Shown here: one piece after another, positions 30,801 to 42,244 of the stretch | Layout of the letters: every line of letters begins with the position of its first letter | Position numbering within the stretch: position 1 is the stretch's first letter | Source: Azolla caroliniana | Lineage: Eukaryota; Plantae; Polypodiophyta | DNA length: 64,000 bases | Reading direction: 5' to 3' | NCBI GenBank assembly: GCA_043228905.1 | Contig: JBHGNT010000001.1 | Location: 13,082,001-13,146,000 of the forward strand | Made by a program: the position numbers and the translations under genes | Notes under the pieces: model-generated | The model's input: only the letters and a program-made list of their open reading frames with translations | Database searches by the model: none | Told to the model about the DNA's origin: nothing

Positions 30801-31373
30801 TTGGAGAGGCTACGCAAGATCCAGATGGATCTCTCTACTCACCTTCGTCATGCTCAACACACACAGAAGACTTATGCGGATCGTCATCGGATTCCCTCCT
30901 CTTTTGCCATCGGAGATCGAGTATGGCTCTTACGTCGTCACATCAAGACTACTCGACCGTGCGACAAGTTGGATTATCGACGACTCGGTCCTTTCCGTAT
31001 TACGGGGAAGATTAATGATGTCACCTTCCGCCTTGATCTCCCTCCGCAGCTTCAGATACATCCGGTTTTCCATTGTTCTCTTCTTGAACCTTATAAAGCA
31101 AACACCATTCCCGATCGTGTGACACCACCGCCGCCCCCACTGGAGTTGGACGCCGGCCCGGAGTATGAAGTTGCTGCCATCCTCGATTCCAAACTTGTTC
31201 GCAACAAACTCTATTACTTGGTCGATTGGCTCGGTTATAGTCCGAGCGAACGTACTTGGGAACCCGTCGAGAATGTTGCCAATGCACAAGATCTTCTTGC
31301 TGATTTCCACCGAAAGTATCCGGACAAACCCGGTCCGCAAGTAGCGCTGACTCGTTTCACTCGTCGTCTTTAA
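27789..31373 (+). CDS. pol: Pol polyprotein: protease, RT, RNase H, integrase, chromodomain (-1 frame to gag)
   Basis: LLDSGA, YLDDLLI, EADASDFA, HDTHTAGH...CDAC, SDRGPQF, GPF motif, chromodomain EYEVAAILDS...WLGYSPSERTWEP. Open from 27789, overlapping the gag stop. Confidence 0.93.
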   Translation, partial: RVKRLSPAKIGAIWLDSSPRSVQPISGSIPSKQVSNVFLAQVIVSTKSTPPVPVLALLDSGANSCFMDRNFAQASQISLRKLPCPASVVVIDGRPIASGNIVEESEPIQVVLGSFVCIISFNIITSPEHPIVLGLPWLELHNPAIDWRTREVRYRPPQESTRRVSTISLHQLREEGPKEAMFLFSISVHPSSTIKKDSSVQLPAKYHPYADVFDKVKAGTLPHHRPYDCPIDLQPGTEPPWGPIYNLSPTELEVLRAYIEENLASGFIRHSKSPAGAPIFFVKKKDGSLRLVVDYRGLNKVTIRNRYALPLISSLLERVNGAKFFTKIDLRGAYNLVRIRPGDEWKTAFRTRYGHFEYTVMPFGLTNAPAVFQHMANDIFRDLLDICLIIYLDDLLIYSKTQEEHDSHVLLVLKRLRENGLYAKLEKCSFDCKQVEFLGYVISSKGIAMDPAKIQTVLEWQIPRSVRDVQCFLGFANFYRKFIQDYSKIILPLTQLTKKGQAFLWSIEADMAFRHLKKAFTSAPILAHVDTSKPFIMEADASDFALGSILSQQGDKEELHPVAFHSRKFDVAEINYEIHDKELLAIVDSFVQWRHFLEGSPHQVIVFSDHKNLAYFQNARVLNRRQARWAQFLTRFDFKITYRPGKQQGKADALSRRSYLAPRPGEATFDNQKQVILGPTRLHTTRIFHTPMDSRITDDIRATLKTDSFAQDILAHIDTSRASCSQSQQPGIDYRQFEYHDGLLFFKKRVYVPDCSCRLQIVQHCHDTHTAGHFGSTKTLELVQRSFWWPHMRRFVDDYVRTCDACCRAKMPRHHPYGLLEPLPIPTKPWQSICLDFITDLPVSKGFDAILTVVDRYTKMAHFVPCTKAITSEETAALVMREVFRHHGLPDSIISDRGPQFVSKFWQHLFKMLKVSCNLSSGYHPQTDGQAERTNQTLEQYLRCFLSYQQDDWAEILHFAEFAYNNAIHSSTRVSPFFAYIGFHPRWSVIDTPELPTNPRAEDHLERLRKIQMDLSTHLRHAQHTQKTYADRHRIPSSFAIGDRVWLLRRHIKTTRPCDKLDYRRLGPFRITGKINDVTFRLDLPPQLQIHPVFHCSLLEPYKANTIPDRVTPPPPPLELDAGPEYEVAAILDSKLVRNKLYYLVDWLGYSPSERTWEPVENVANAQDLLADFHRKYPDKPGPQVALTRFTRRL
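27792..27847 (+). promoter_or_regulatory. -1 ribosomal frameshift signal (G TTA AAC plus stem-loop/pseudoknot)
   Basis: Heptamer 27792-27798 in the correct gag phase within the 16-nt overlap. Stem TCCAGCCAAA/TTTGGTTGGA starts 7 nt downstream. Loop TAGG can pair with CCTA at about 27843. Confidence 0.7.
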
Positions 31374-34300
31374 GGGGGAGATAGTGTCATGAGATGGCAA
31401 GACTCGAACCCATGACCTTATGGTATATGGGTCGAGCTCTTAACCATCTCACCATCTATTGTAATTCATAGAATATTATTTTCATTTATGTTTTATTATA
31501 AGAAAATAATGTATATTCCAGATTTCTCTGGAACATTCTAGAAGCTTCAGGATTATTCCTGAGAACACTATAAAAGAAGGCACTAAGCATTATGTTGAAC
31601 CAAATTGGTTCAACACCAGTCTTAAGCCTCTTAGTCGATTTGTACTTATCTTTCATATAATATAAGAGCTGCTGTCATCATCCTATTTCCCTCTCTCTCT
31701 CTCTCCTCTTCTCACTTCCTCTCTCTCGGGAATCTTACGCAGTCCCGTCCTCTTAGTACTAATAGTACTACTCTTCTTAGTACTAATTCCATCTCTGTTT
31801 TAGTACTATTCCTGACAGCTACATTCGACGGATGTCGATATTACGTGCTCTTCATCGACGACTTCTCTAGGCACACTTGGATCTACCCGATGCGGCAAAA
31901 GAGCGAAGTGTTCGGACACTTCCAAACATTCAAGAATGAAGTCGAGAAAGCCACGGGCCGACATGTATGTTGCCTTCGATCGGATAGCGGCAAGGAGTAC
32001 TTCTCGGACGATTTCACGGCGTATCTCCGAAAAGAAGGAATTTAGCGAGAATTCACTTGCCGACACACTCCGCAAACAAACGGGGTAGTCGAGCGCCAAA
32101 ATCGACACATCGTCGAAGTAGCGCGGGCTATGATGAACGAGAAGCATATGCCCAAGTCATATTGGGCCGAAGTTGCAAATACGGCCGTCTACCTAATGAA
32201 CCGGTGCACAACATCCGGTGTGCATGAGGTCACTCCGCAAGAAAAATACTTCGGAAAGAAGTCGGAGTTATCGTAGACCCGGATATTCGGCGCGATAGCG
32301 TACGTGCACATCCCTGACGAGAAGTGTCAAAAGCTTGACCCGAAGTCGGAGAAATGTATCCTCGTAGGATACTGACTCGAACAAAAGGGGTACAAGTGCT
32401 ACAACCCCTCAACTCGAAAATCTCGAGTAAGTTGAGACGTCATTTTTGACGAGTCCGCATCCTGGTACGCACCAGAGACAACTTCGCCTCCGACTCCGCT
32501 CGACTCGGAATTTGCCGAACAAGAGATCGAGGATGAAGATCTCCCTACGCGCATGATCGAAGAAAGTCCGATCACGATCTGACTGTGAGGACCACAAGAG
32601 CCTTTGAGCGATCAAAGCACATCACGGCCTAGCCCGAAGATGGACAAAGGCAAGGCGAAAATGGCGGAATATGAAGACGATCGCTTTGACGACGATGAAT
32701 CGACTCACTCACTCGACAGTGAGTTCGGCGGCTTCGATGTACCAATCGGAGCTAAGAAAGCCCTCATCTCTGCAAATGAAAAGCTCCGCTGATCCACTCA
32801 TGAAAAGAACCCCGTAAGCCGATTCAGCTACAATGATTATATGGTGTACCATTACGCCTTTATGATGAAGGTAGCAATAGTACGGGAGCCGGAAACCTTT
32901 TCCGAAGCAGCCAAGGATTTGCGATGGATCAAAGCCATGAACGAGGAGATGCAGGCACTACACAAGAACGAGATGTGGGATCTCGTTCCCACCTCACCAC
33001 ACAAAAAGGCGATCGGATTTAGATGGATTTACAAAGTGAAGTACAACGCCGACGGTTCCGTCAACCGCTACAAAGCGCGACTCGTAGCGAAAGGCTACGC
33101 CCAAACGCACGGAGTTGACTACGAGGAGACCTTTGCCCCGGTGGCAAAGATGACAACGGTGCGGACCGTAATTGCGCTTGGCGCGGCGAAAGGGTGGCAC
33201 CTCCATCAAATGGACGTCAAGAACGCCTTTCTACAAGGCGAATTAGAAGAGGAGGTGTACATGATACAACCACCCGGTTTCAACTCGAGCACCCATCCGA
33301 AAGCTGTATGCCGACTCAAGAAGCCACTCTACGGCCTCAAGCAAGCACCGCGTGCTTGGCATTTGAAGATAATGCAATTTCTTCATCAAATCGGCTTCCG
33401 TATGTCAAAATCGGACAACTCCCTCTACATACGAAGCGATTCCGCAAGTCTGATCGTCATCATCTTATATGTGGATGACCTAGTCATTGGAGGTGAGCAT
33501 CTCGTCGAAATCAATAAGGTCAAATCCCTCCTTTCCGACAAGTTCGAGATGACGGACATGAAGGAACTCCACTATTTCCTTGGCATCGAGGTAATTCGGA
33601 CTCCGACCGGAATCATGATTTCTCAACGGCACTACATCCTCAACTTGTTATACAAGTTCGGTATGGCTAAGTGCAACTCCGTGGCAACCCCGCTCGATCA
33701 TAATCTCAAACTAGATGTGAACTCCGGCACCAAAGCGTGTGAGCCGACTCAGTATCGACAACTCATCAGGAATCTCATCTACCCCACGATCACTTGACCT
33801 GATCTCAGTTATCCGGTCGGTCTCCTTAGTCAATTCATGCAAACAATGCGTGATACTCACTTGGATTGCGCTAAGCGAGTTCTACGGTACGTGAGCGGCA
33901 CAATGGATTGCGGCATCCTCTACAAGACCGCGATGCCAATTCGCCTCGAGGGGTATACAGATGCCGATTGGGCCAGCTACAAAGCCGATAGAAGATCAAC
34001 CTCCGGATTTGTTTTCTCCCTCGGTAGCGGAGCAATATCCTGGACTAGCAAGAAGTAGCCTACCGTCGCTCTTTCGAGTACGGAGGCGGAATATAGGGGC
34101 GCAACCGTAGCTGCGTGTGAAGCCGTATGGCTCAAGAGGATTTTGAAGGATCTGGGCGTACCCATCAAGGATTCGACTTCCCTTTACTACGACAACATGA
34201 GCAATATCTATCTGGCTCGGAACCCGGTGTTCCACGCGCGGAATAAGCACATCGAAGTGCACTATCACTTCATCCGAGAGCACGTTCTAGCTGGCGATGT

Positions 34301-34908
34301 CGACCTACAACACATTAGCACAAATCTTCAAACGACCGACATCTTCACTAAAGCCTTAGGAGCCGACAAGCTGTGGCAATTCATGACCGATCTCGGATTG
34401 ACGATCCCTGACCTGCCAAGCTTGAGGGGGAGTATTGAAGATATTACACAATTATATGTGGATTCCGCAAGCCGCGCACACTACGCAAGAACACGTGGAT
34501 TACACAACCACGCAACGAAGCCGCGAAGAGCCGATTTATCGCGCAAAGCCACGAAGAAAGACGCAAGCCAAAGCATAGACTTCGCAACTACGCACAACAC
34601 AAGCTGGAGCACGGATTCCGCAACTTCGCATAAATGCGAGTCGACGCGGACTCCGGAATGCGAGTCGAAGCGGATTTCGGATACTGTCTGAAACCAACCC
34701 GACTTGAGCTTGAGGGGGCATGTTGAGAATCAAGCTCAACTTGGTCTAGTGTGGGAACTCACCTTGAGAGTGAATAAACACTCCAATGGTCAAGAGTCAA
34801 CATTATCTCACCTCTTTGTATTCTAGCATTTAGTATGAGTCATAGAATCATATTCTATAACACATAACTTATGAGCTTTCACATTCCCCATGCTCCATGA
34901 GTCTTGTA

Positions 34909-35008
34909 NNNNNNNNNNNNNNNNNNNNNNNNNNNNNNNNNNNNNNNNNNNNNNNNNNNNNNNNNNNNNNNNNNNNNNNNNNNNNNNNNNNNNNNNNNNN
35001 NNNNNNNN
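34909..35008. other. Assembly gap (100 N)
   Basis: Run of N. Contiguity across it is uncertain. Confidence 0.99.
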
Positions 35009-35173
35009 ACCCCTTCCCATGAAACTACAAACTTTCCCATGTAATAATGTTAGGACAAAAAAAGTGTAGCTAGGTGTGCCAAACGGGATAGTAAACAGTT
35101 TCGGCACGCCATACATCCCGCGAAACGTCTCTTTTGCCTTCTCGATAGACCTACTTCTACTTTAGATAGTTTC

Positions 35174-38100
35174 ATGTGGTTAGGACATCATGCATCTAAT
35201 TTTCCCTTCTCCCCATATGTGAAAAAGACCCATAGTAGGAAACCCCATAATAAATTTTGGACACCTCTCCTTAGTAAACCTAGAATTAGTAGTAGGATCC
35301 ACAACCACTCTAATTATTCCCTCTCTAAACATGAGACACAACTCCTTAGCCTAGGTTTGAAACACATCCTCCCATCTTATCCACCACCATCCCCTACCCT
35401 ACTTTAAGAATGTTGAGAGATAAGCTCAACATTCGTGCGTAATACGATGCGTAACCCAGTGCGTAGACTGAGTGCGTAAATCGGTACACATAACATGGCC
35501 GTATCGTGTGAAAACCGTGAGGCCATTGGGAAGATATTCCTCGTAAGGAATAATTTTGGGAGTTAGTGTAGTAGGCTCATTTATGAGTGGTCAAGTACTA
35601 TCAGTACTTGTGTCAGCCCTATTGGCAGGGCTTGTATAAAAGGTTCTCACTGAGCACGGTGTATGTACAGATTGAGTATTATTTTGAATTGTTTTTTTTC
35701 TGTGTGTTTTCTCTCTTTGTCTCTCCCGCGTATTGTGTATATTCAAGCTCTCCATTAAACTTGCGTATTTTCTGTGTTCAGTTTTCTATTTGCTTCCACA
35801 CGCTATTCTTTTTATGGTATCAGAGCACGAGGGTTGAGAACCTCTGCAACTGACATAGCTTGAAAGGAATACCAACCAAGAAGATCAGGTAAAACCGATG
35901 GATAGAGGTATGGCTAGCTCGCTTCCGACGGAGAAGCTCGACAAAAACAACTACGCATCTTGGTCCTACAAGATGCACCAGTACCTGCTCAGGCACAGTT
36001 ACTGGAGCTATGTCGACGGAGCAAATGACACAACATCCAAATCGACGCACAAAGATTTCCCGGTGTGGGAATAGTCAGCGAGCAGAGTACTGTACTGCTT
36101 CGCGTCTTGTGTGGTCGAACAGATCTTAAGCTACATTTGGGATGCAAAAACGCCAAAAGATGCTTGGGGAAATCTGAAGAAGATTTTCTTCGCAAGCACC
36201 ACAACCAGGAAGCTTCAACTCCGATAGGAGCTGAGCAACTTACGACAACGCGATTTGTCGGTGACTGATTACACCTCAAAGATCAAAGAGATATGCGACT
36301 CCTTAGCCTCTATCGATGCGAACGTCGAGGAAGGCGAGATGGTGCAAATCTGTCTCGGGGGATTGGCGTCGAAGTTTGGAGCATTCCGAATTGCTGTGTG
36401 TACACGGGAGAATACGCCATCGTTTTTCGACTTATAGTCGATGCTCCTTATAGAGGAGAACCACTCGGGTGCGTCGACAAGCACGCATGCCGACAACAAG
36501 ATGATATACACGGAGGGAGATAGGCCCCGTGGTCGTGGCAGACGAGGCATGTCGGTACGCAATGGAGGCGGCCAATGGGATCAAGGAAGAAGGCACCGAA
36601 ATGATGCCGACAACAATTCCGGACCCTCCGGAAACAGGGGGAGTCGAGGCGATGAGAACCGGCAAGGGAAATCTGTCGCGGAATGCTGGTACTGTGGCAA
36701 AAAAGGCCACAAGGAGAGTGACTGCTGGAAGAAGCACGCAGATTTGGAGAGGACCGGATCTGGATCCGGTTCCGGACAGACCAACAAAGGAAATCGGCAA
36801 CGATCGCACTACGCTGAAGGATCCGGAAAAGCCGGAAAAGGATTAGTCTTCGTGACGAGACACGAAGCAAACTTGATGAAGAAGATCACCCCGAAGTCAG
36901 ACGAGGTGTGGTACGTCGACTCCGGCACGTCAAACCACATGACGTGCCACAAGGAAAAAACCGATGCAACCGGGAGTAGTCGCAACTGGAGACGACACTC
37001 CGCATCCGATCGCGAATGTCGGTGAAGTTCCCTTGAGCCATGTCGGGCAGAAAGGGAAACTTATGAACGTGTTACACGTCCCAATAATCACGAAGAATCT
37101 AGTGTCAGTCGGGTAGATCGTCGACCAGGGGATGCAAGTTTGGTTCACGCATCTTGGGTGCTTTATCGAGGAAGAAGACCGAGTTATTGCGCAAGGGCGC
37201 AAAGACGAGAGGATGTTTATCCTCGACTCTAGTGACAGTGGCACCACAATGTTCGCGAAAGGACAAAAAGTCGAGTCGAATATCGACTTATGGCACAAGC
37301 GGATAGGCCACGTCAACTATCAACGGCTTCAGGACCTGCAATCGAAACAGGTGGTGTTCGGATTGCCCAAATTTAGTGGCCGGAAGGCACGAATTTGTGA
37401 AGCCTTCCAGCTAGGGAAGCAACACCGACTTCCTTTCCCTAACGAGCGTAACCGGAGCCAGAACAAGCTCGACTTGATACATTTCGATGTATGGGGGCCG
37501 ACACAAAACGTTAGTCTTGGTGGGAGTCGATATTTTGTCTCCTTCATCGACGACTATACGCGGCACACGTGGATCTACCTCATTGAGAAGAAGAGTGAAG
37601 TCTTCGACTGCTTCCGGGACTTCAAAGGGTTCACGGAAACAGAAACAAGACGAAAGATCAAGTGCTTGCGGTCGAATGGCGGAAAAGAGTACTTTTCCGG
37701 TCAATTCAACGGCTATCTGCAACAGATGGGAATTTAGCGCGAATTCAGTTATAGATACACACCAGAGCAAAACGGCGTGGCCGAGAGGAAGAATCGGTCA
37801 ATTGTAGAAGCGGCATGGGAAATGCTGGAGGAGAAGAGCTTGCCCAAGTTCTATTGGGCCGAGGCGGTAAGGACCGCAGTATACATCCAGAACCGGATCG
37901 AAGATAAAGTGTCGGCGCTCGAGCAATATTTCGGAACGAAGCCGAACTTGCGACACTTGAGGGTGTTCGGTAGCATTGTGCATGTGCATGTGCCGAAGGA
38001 GAAACGGAGGAAGTTGGACGCGAAAGCTGAGAATTGTATCTTGGTCGGCTATTAGGACGAGCAGAAGGGTTATAAGTGTTATAACCCACGCACCAAACAA

Positions 38101-40428
38101 GCGCGCGTGAGCCGCAACGTTGTGTTTGACGAGTCCGCGTCCTGGTAATTGCCCCCGACTCCGGACCTCATCTCCAATCCGAGTTCTGATGATGAGGTCA
38201 GTGAGGCCGAGATGCCTTCGGATGAGCCAGAAATCAGGACCCGCGAAGAGAGTCCTATTTCGTTTCGGCTAAGCGGACCAAATGGACGACTGAGTCGGTT
38301 CGACCAGTCTGATGAAGAGCCGGCGAGTAGTGGAGACTCGGCCGTGCATTCCCCGCGCATGAAGAAGGTGTCAGATTACGGCACGGATAGGAATGAGTCA
38401 GTCCGGCTGCGAGGGAAGTGATGCCGGGTCTTCGAGAGCGAAGTCCGCGTCGGCTAAGAAAGCCTCAACTTCGGCTAATGAGCAATTACGCTGATCTACC
38501 CACCAGAAGAACCCTGTTCTGCGGTTCGGATACAACGAGTACATGTCGCATCACTATGCGTACATGACGCGTGTAGCGGAAGTGCGTGAGCCGGAGAGCT
38601 ACGCAGAAGCGGCGAAGGATGCGAATTGGCGTGCCGCAATGGAGGAACAGATGCATGCATTGGCGGAGAATGAAACCTGCGACCTGGTTGACGCACCGAA
38701 AGGTGTGAAGCCGATCGGATGTAGGTGGGTGTACAAGGTCAAGTACAACACTGACGGCTCAGTCAACCGATACATGGCCCGGTTAGTAGCGAAAGGATAC
38801 GTGCAGAAACACGGCATCGACTACGATGTGACGTTTGCGCTGGTCGCAAAGATGACGTCTGCCCGTGTTTTGCTCGCGGTAGTTGCGGCAAAGGGGTGGC
38901 ACTTACATCAGATGGATGTAAAGAATGCGTTCCTGCAAGGTGAGCTTGAGGAACAGGTGTACATGGTACAACCCCCCGGATTTCACTCCGGAACGAGCAC
39001 TTCGGCGGTGTGCCAATTGAAGAAGTCCCTTTACAGACTAAAGCAAGCCCCGTGTGCCTGGAACACGAAGATCACACAACGATTGCGTCGGATGGGCTTT
39101 GCGACGTCAAAATCGGACTCCTCACTGTTCATTCGGAAAGGTTGACTCGCGCCGGTTAGTATTTTACTTTATGTTGATGACTTGGTCATCACCGGTGCCG
39201 ACTTTGAGGAAATTGACCGTGTAAAGCTCCAGCTCGCGGCATCCTCCAGATCCCCCAGATCCCCCAGATCCCCCAGATCCCGATCCCGAGGAACTTGAGG
39301 GGGAGAGACGTCCATGATGACCACGGAAGGGACTAGGAAAGGAGCGGAAAGACCGTGACGCCGAGTCGGATGACGAATTCGATTTCGGATCGGCTGAAGA
39401 AGCCGAGGGTGGATCCGCGGAAGAGTCCGAAAGCGGACATAAGGGGAGCAGTCGAAAGAAAGAGCCGAAGCCAACCAAGCGAGGGGGAGATGAAGCCATC
39501 AAGGGCGAGAAGACAAAAGACGAGTTGGAGACAACCAACTCGGACGAGAGCGAAAACCAATCGGAGGAAGCCGAGTCGGTTCGAATGTTTGATTCGGATA
39601 CACTGAGTCAACCAAGGGCCAAGCGGAAGAGAAGGCAGCAGAAGAGGCGCCAACACCGCAACAACAAGGAAGCTAAGAAGGGCCGTGTACACAGACAAGC
39701 CGACCGGAAGGGTCGAGGAGCGCGAGCGAGGCGTGAAGCCAGAAGGAACCGGAGCGTAGATCCGGCGGAGCAGGTGGAACCTCAAGTTGAGCTTGAGGGG
39801 GAGTGTTGAGAGACAAGCTCAACATTCGTGCGTAATACGATGCGTAACCCAATGCGTAGATTGGGTGCGTAAATCGGTACGCATAACATGGCCGTATCGG
39901 TGTGAAAACCGCGAGGCCGTTGGGAAGGAATAATTTTGGGAGTTAGTGTAGTAGGCTCATTTATGAGTGGTCAAGTACAATCAGTACTTGTGTTAGCCCT
40001 ATTGTCAGGGCTTGTATAAAAGGTGCTCACTGAGCACAGTGTATGTACAGATTGAGTATTATTTTGAATTGTTTTTTTTGTGTGTTCTCTCTCTGTGTCT
40101 CTCCCGCGTACTGTGTATATTCAAGCTCTCCATTAAACCTGCATATTTTCTGTGTTCAGTTTTCTATTTGCTTCCGCACGCTATTCTTTTTAAAGAATTT
40201 GATAGCCTAAGTAGGACCCTTCGACTTAAACATTTTTTCAAAGATGTGGATAAGTCGCCCCAAAATCTCTTTAAACTACCTAACCCTAGTTGGCAACCTC
40301 CTACTAAGTACACTCCCCTAGAAAACATTATAGCTAAACACCAAACTATCTTTAGGGACACTTTATACACTCAAATTAAAACCCACTTGGATTGCACCTC
40401 ACTTATCACTAGCCTTACAATCTCTTTC
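35174..40428 (+). pseudogene. Penelope-like element ORF fragment, copy 1 (35174-35410 plus 40198-40425), split by copia C
   Basis: IHNHSNYSLSKHETQLLSLGLKH...RTLRLKHFF...NPSWQPP, near-identical to the uninterrupted copy at 41649-42244. Confidence 0.7.
35411..40192 (+). mobile_element. Ty1/copia LTR retrotransposon C, decayed, with RT/RNase H deletion
   Basis: LTRs 35411-35814 and 39804-40192 (TG...TA), TSD AAGAA (35406-35410 / 40193-40197), empty site visible at about 41875-41890. PBS TGGTATCAGAGC at 35815, PPT GAGGGGGAG. gag, protease, integrase and RT remnants with stops. Confidence 0.92.
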
Positions 40429-41110
40429 AGACTCTCTATGCTTCCTCCTTCGACCATGAACTACTTGCCAATGTGTAGCCACTCCCCTTCGTATTCATTT
40501 TCGTTGAAGGCGTGGAGTACTCGCATATCTCGATCATCTATAGACGCTTGGGCCGTCTTAAAGAAGTCAAGAGCGACATCCTCATCTTTAGACACCATGT
40601 CGCTTTCGCCCTTGAATCTTGCCCTCGATAGCATATCTGCCATGGCATTGTTCTTCCCTGAAATGTGGTAAATCTCCGGGTTCATTGATTTGATGTAAGC
40701 AATCCATTTTAGCATAGCTAAGTCAGGTGTTGCACATCCGAAACCATCCATAGGATTTGAAGGCAATACGTCTCTATAACCACCTCTCATCCGATTAGGT
40801 AATCTTTATTCGCCTTTACTGCGGACACAATACCCCAAAGCACACATTTTACTTGGGCATATCCTCGTTGTCGCTCGCTTAAGACCTTGGCTCCGAACCA
40901 GATGGTGTAGCGTGTACCATCCTCTCGTTCTTGGTTGATGACCCATCCAATCCCTATTGGACTCGTATTTACCGTCATGTAGATGGGCACCCCTTCCTTG
41001 TATACAACTTTTCGTAAAGCTGGTGCCGCTACCAACATTCCTTTTGAGCCTCTTCATTGCCTCTTTGTGCTCTTCGTCCAACTTGAACTTCTGCCCCTTC
41101 TTGAGCATCC
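40429..41110 (-). pseudogene. Gypsy RNase H remnant, duplicate of about 23045-23735
   Basis: Colinear high similarity to the 23 kb copy, including the same downstream junction into the C-rich sequence. Confidence 0.85.
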
Positions 41111-41186
41111 CACTTGAACTCCCTCTCGCCCCCTTCTTACTTCCTACAAATTTGATGCATGCGCCCCTAGTATTTTCTATAAACCT

Positions 41187-41622
41187 CCCTCATACCCCTC
41201 CCCCATTTTTTAATGATACCCCTATGCATTTCCCCTTATTCCTCCCTAATAACCCCCACAAAGTTTCCCTATTTCCAAACTACCCCTCCCCCTTTTCATG
41301 CATTTCCTACACATATCCCCCCTTCTTTACACATAACTCCCCTTCCACTTCTAGAAGATTTCAATATTCTACCCCACCCTCTAGAAATGGGCATGGTTTG
41401 GTAATAACCTCATACCCTTCCCCCATTTTTTAACGATACCCCTATGCATTTCCCCTTATTCCTCCCTAATAACCCCCACAACGTTTCCCTATTTCCAAAC
41501 TACCCCTCCCCCTTTTCATGCATTTCCTACACATACCCCCCCCTTCTTTACACATAACTCCCCTTCCACTTCTAGTAGATTTCAATATTCTACCCCACCC
41601 TCTAGCAATGGGCATGGTTCGG
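41187..41622. repeat. About 220-bp tandem duplication of C-rich sequence, each unit ending in a hAT MITE TIR
   Basis: CATACCC(C/T)TCCCCCATTTTTTAA at 41191 and 41411. Units end TAG(A/C)AATGGGCATGGTT, the TIR of the 42401 MITE family. Confidence 0.85.
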
Positions 41623-41648
41623 TTTCGGTTCGGTTTGGTTTCTTTGTC

Positions 41649-42244
41649 TTGTGGTTAGGACGTCATGCATCTAAATTTACCTTCTCCCCATATGTGAATA
41701 AGACCCATAGTAGTAAACCCCGTAATAAAATTTGGACGCCTCTCCTTAGTAAACCTAGAATTAGTAGTAGGATCCACAACCACTCTAATTATTCCCTCTC
41801 TAAACATGAGACACAACTCCTTAGCCTAGGTTTGAAACACATCCTCCCATCTTCTCCACCATCATCCCCTACCGTACTTAAAGAATTTGATAGCCTAAGT
41901 AGGACCCTTCGACTTAAACATTTTTTCAAAGATGTGGATAATTTGCCCCAAAATCCCTTTAAACTACCTAACCCTAGTTGGCAACCTTCTCTTAAGTACA
42001 CTCCCCTAGAAAACATTATAGCTAAACACCAAACTATCTTTAGGGACACACTTCATACACTCAAATTAAAACCCACTAGGATTGCACCTCACTTATCACT
42101 AGCCTTACAATCTCTTAAGAAAAACAACAAAATCATAATCCTACCTGCTGACAAAAATGTTGGAGTGTGTGTTCTTGATAAGGACACGTACTATAAGAAA
42201 GCTATAGAACACCTTTCCGATACTAATACATATAAAATACATAT
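41649..42244 (+). pseudogene. Penelope-like element RT N-terminal fragment, copy 2
   Basis: LSKHETQLLSLGL and ALQSLKKNNKIIILPADKNVGVCVLDKDTYYKKAIEHLSDTNTY match the characteristic PLE ADK(G/N) N-terminal RT region. Truncated before the core RT. Confidence 0.75.

Larger units (their letters stand above)
26145..31817 (+). mobile_element. Intact Ty3/gypsy chromovirus (Tcn1/Tf1-like), very recent insertion
   Basis: 433-bp LTRs 26145-26577 and 31385-31817 with no differences seen by eye. TSD GCTAC (26140-26144 / 31818-31822), PPT AAGGGGGAGATAG before 31385, uninterrupted gag and pol ORFs. Confidence 0.95.
23936..34908 (+). mobile_element. Ty1/copia LTR retrotransposon B (5' LTR 23936-24320; 3' LTR from 34721, running into the gap), interrupted by the chromovirus
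   Basis: LTR copies near-identical over 188 bp. gag-pol runs from 24457. After the insertion come integrase (LFIDDFSRH), RT (HQMDVKNAFL, LYVDDL) and RNase H (YTDADWA, KHIEVHYHF) with several stops. PPT GAGGGGGCA precedes 34721. Confidence 0.9.
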
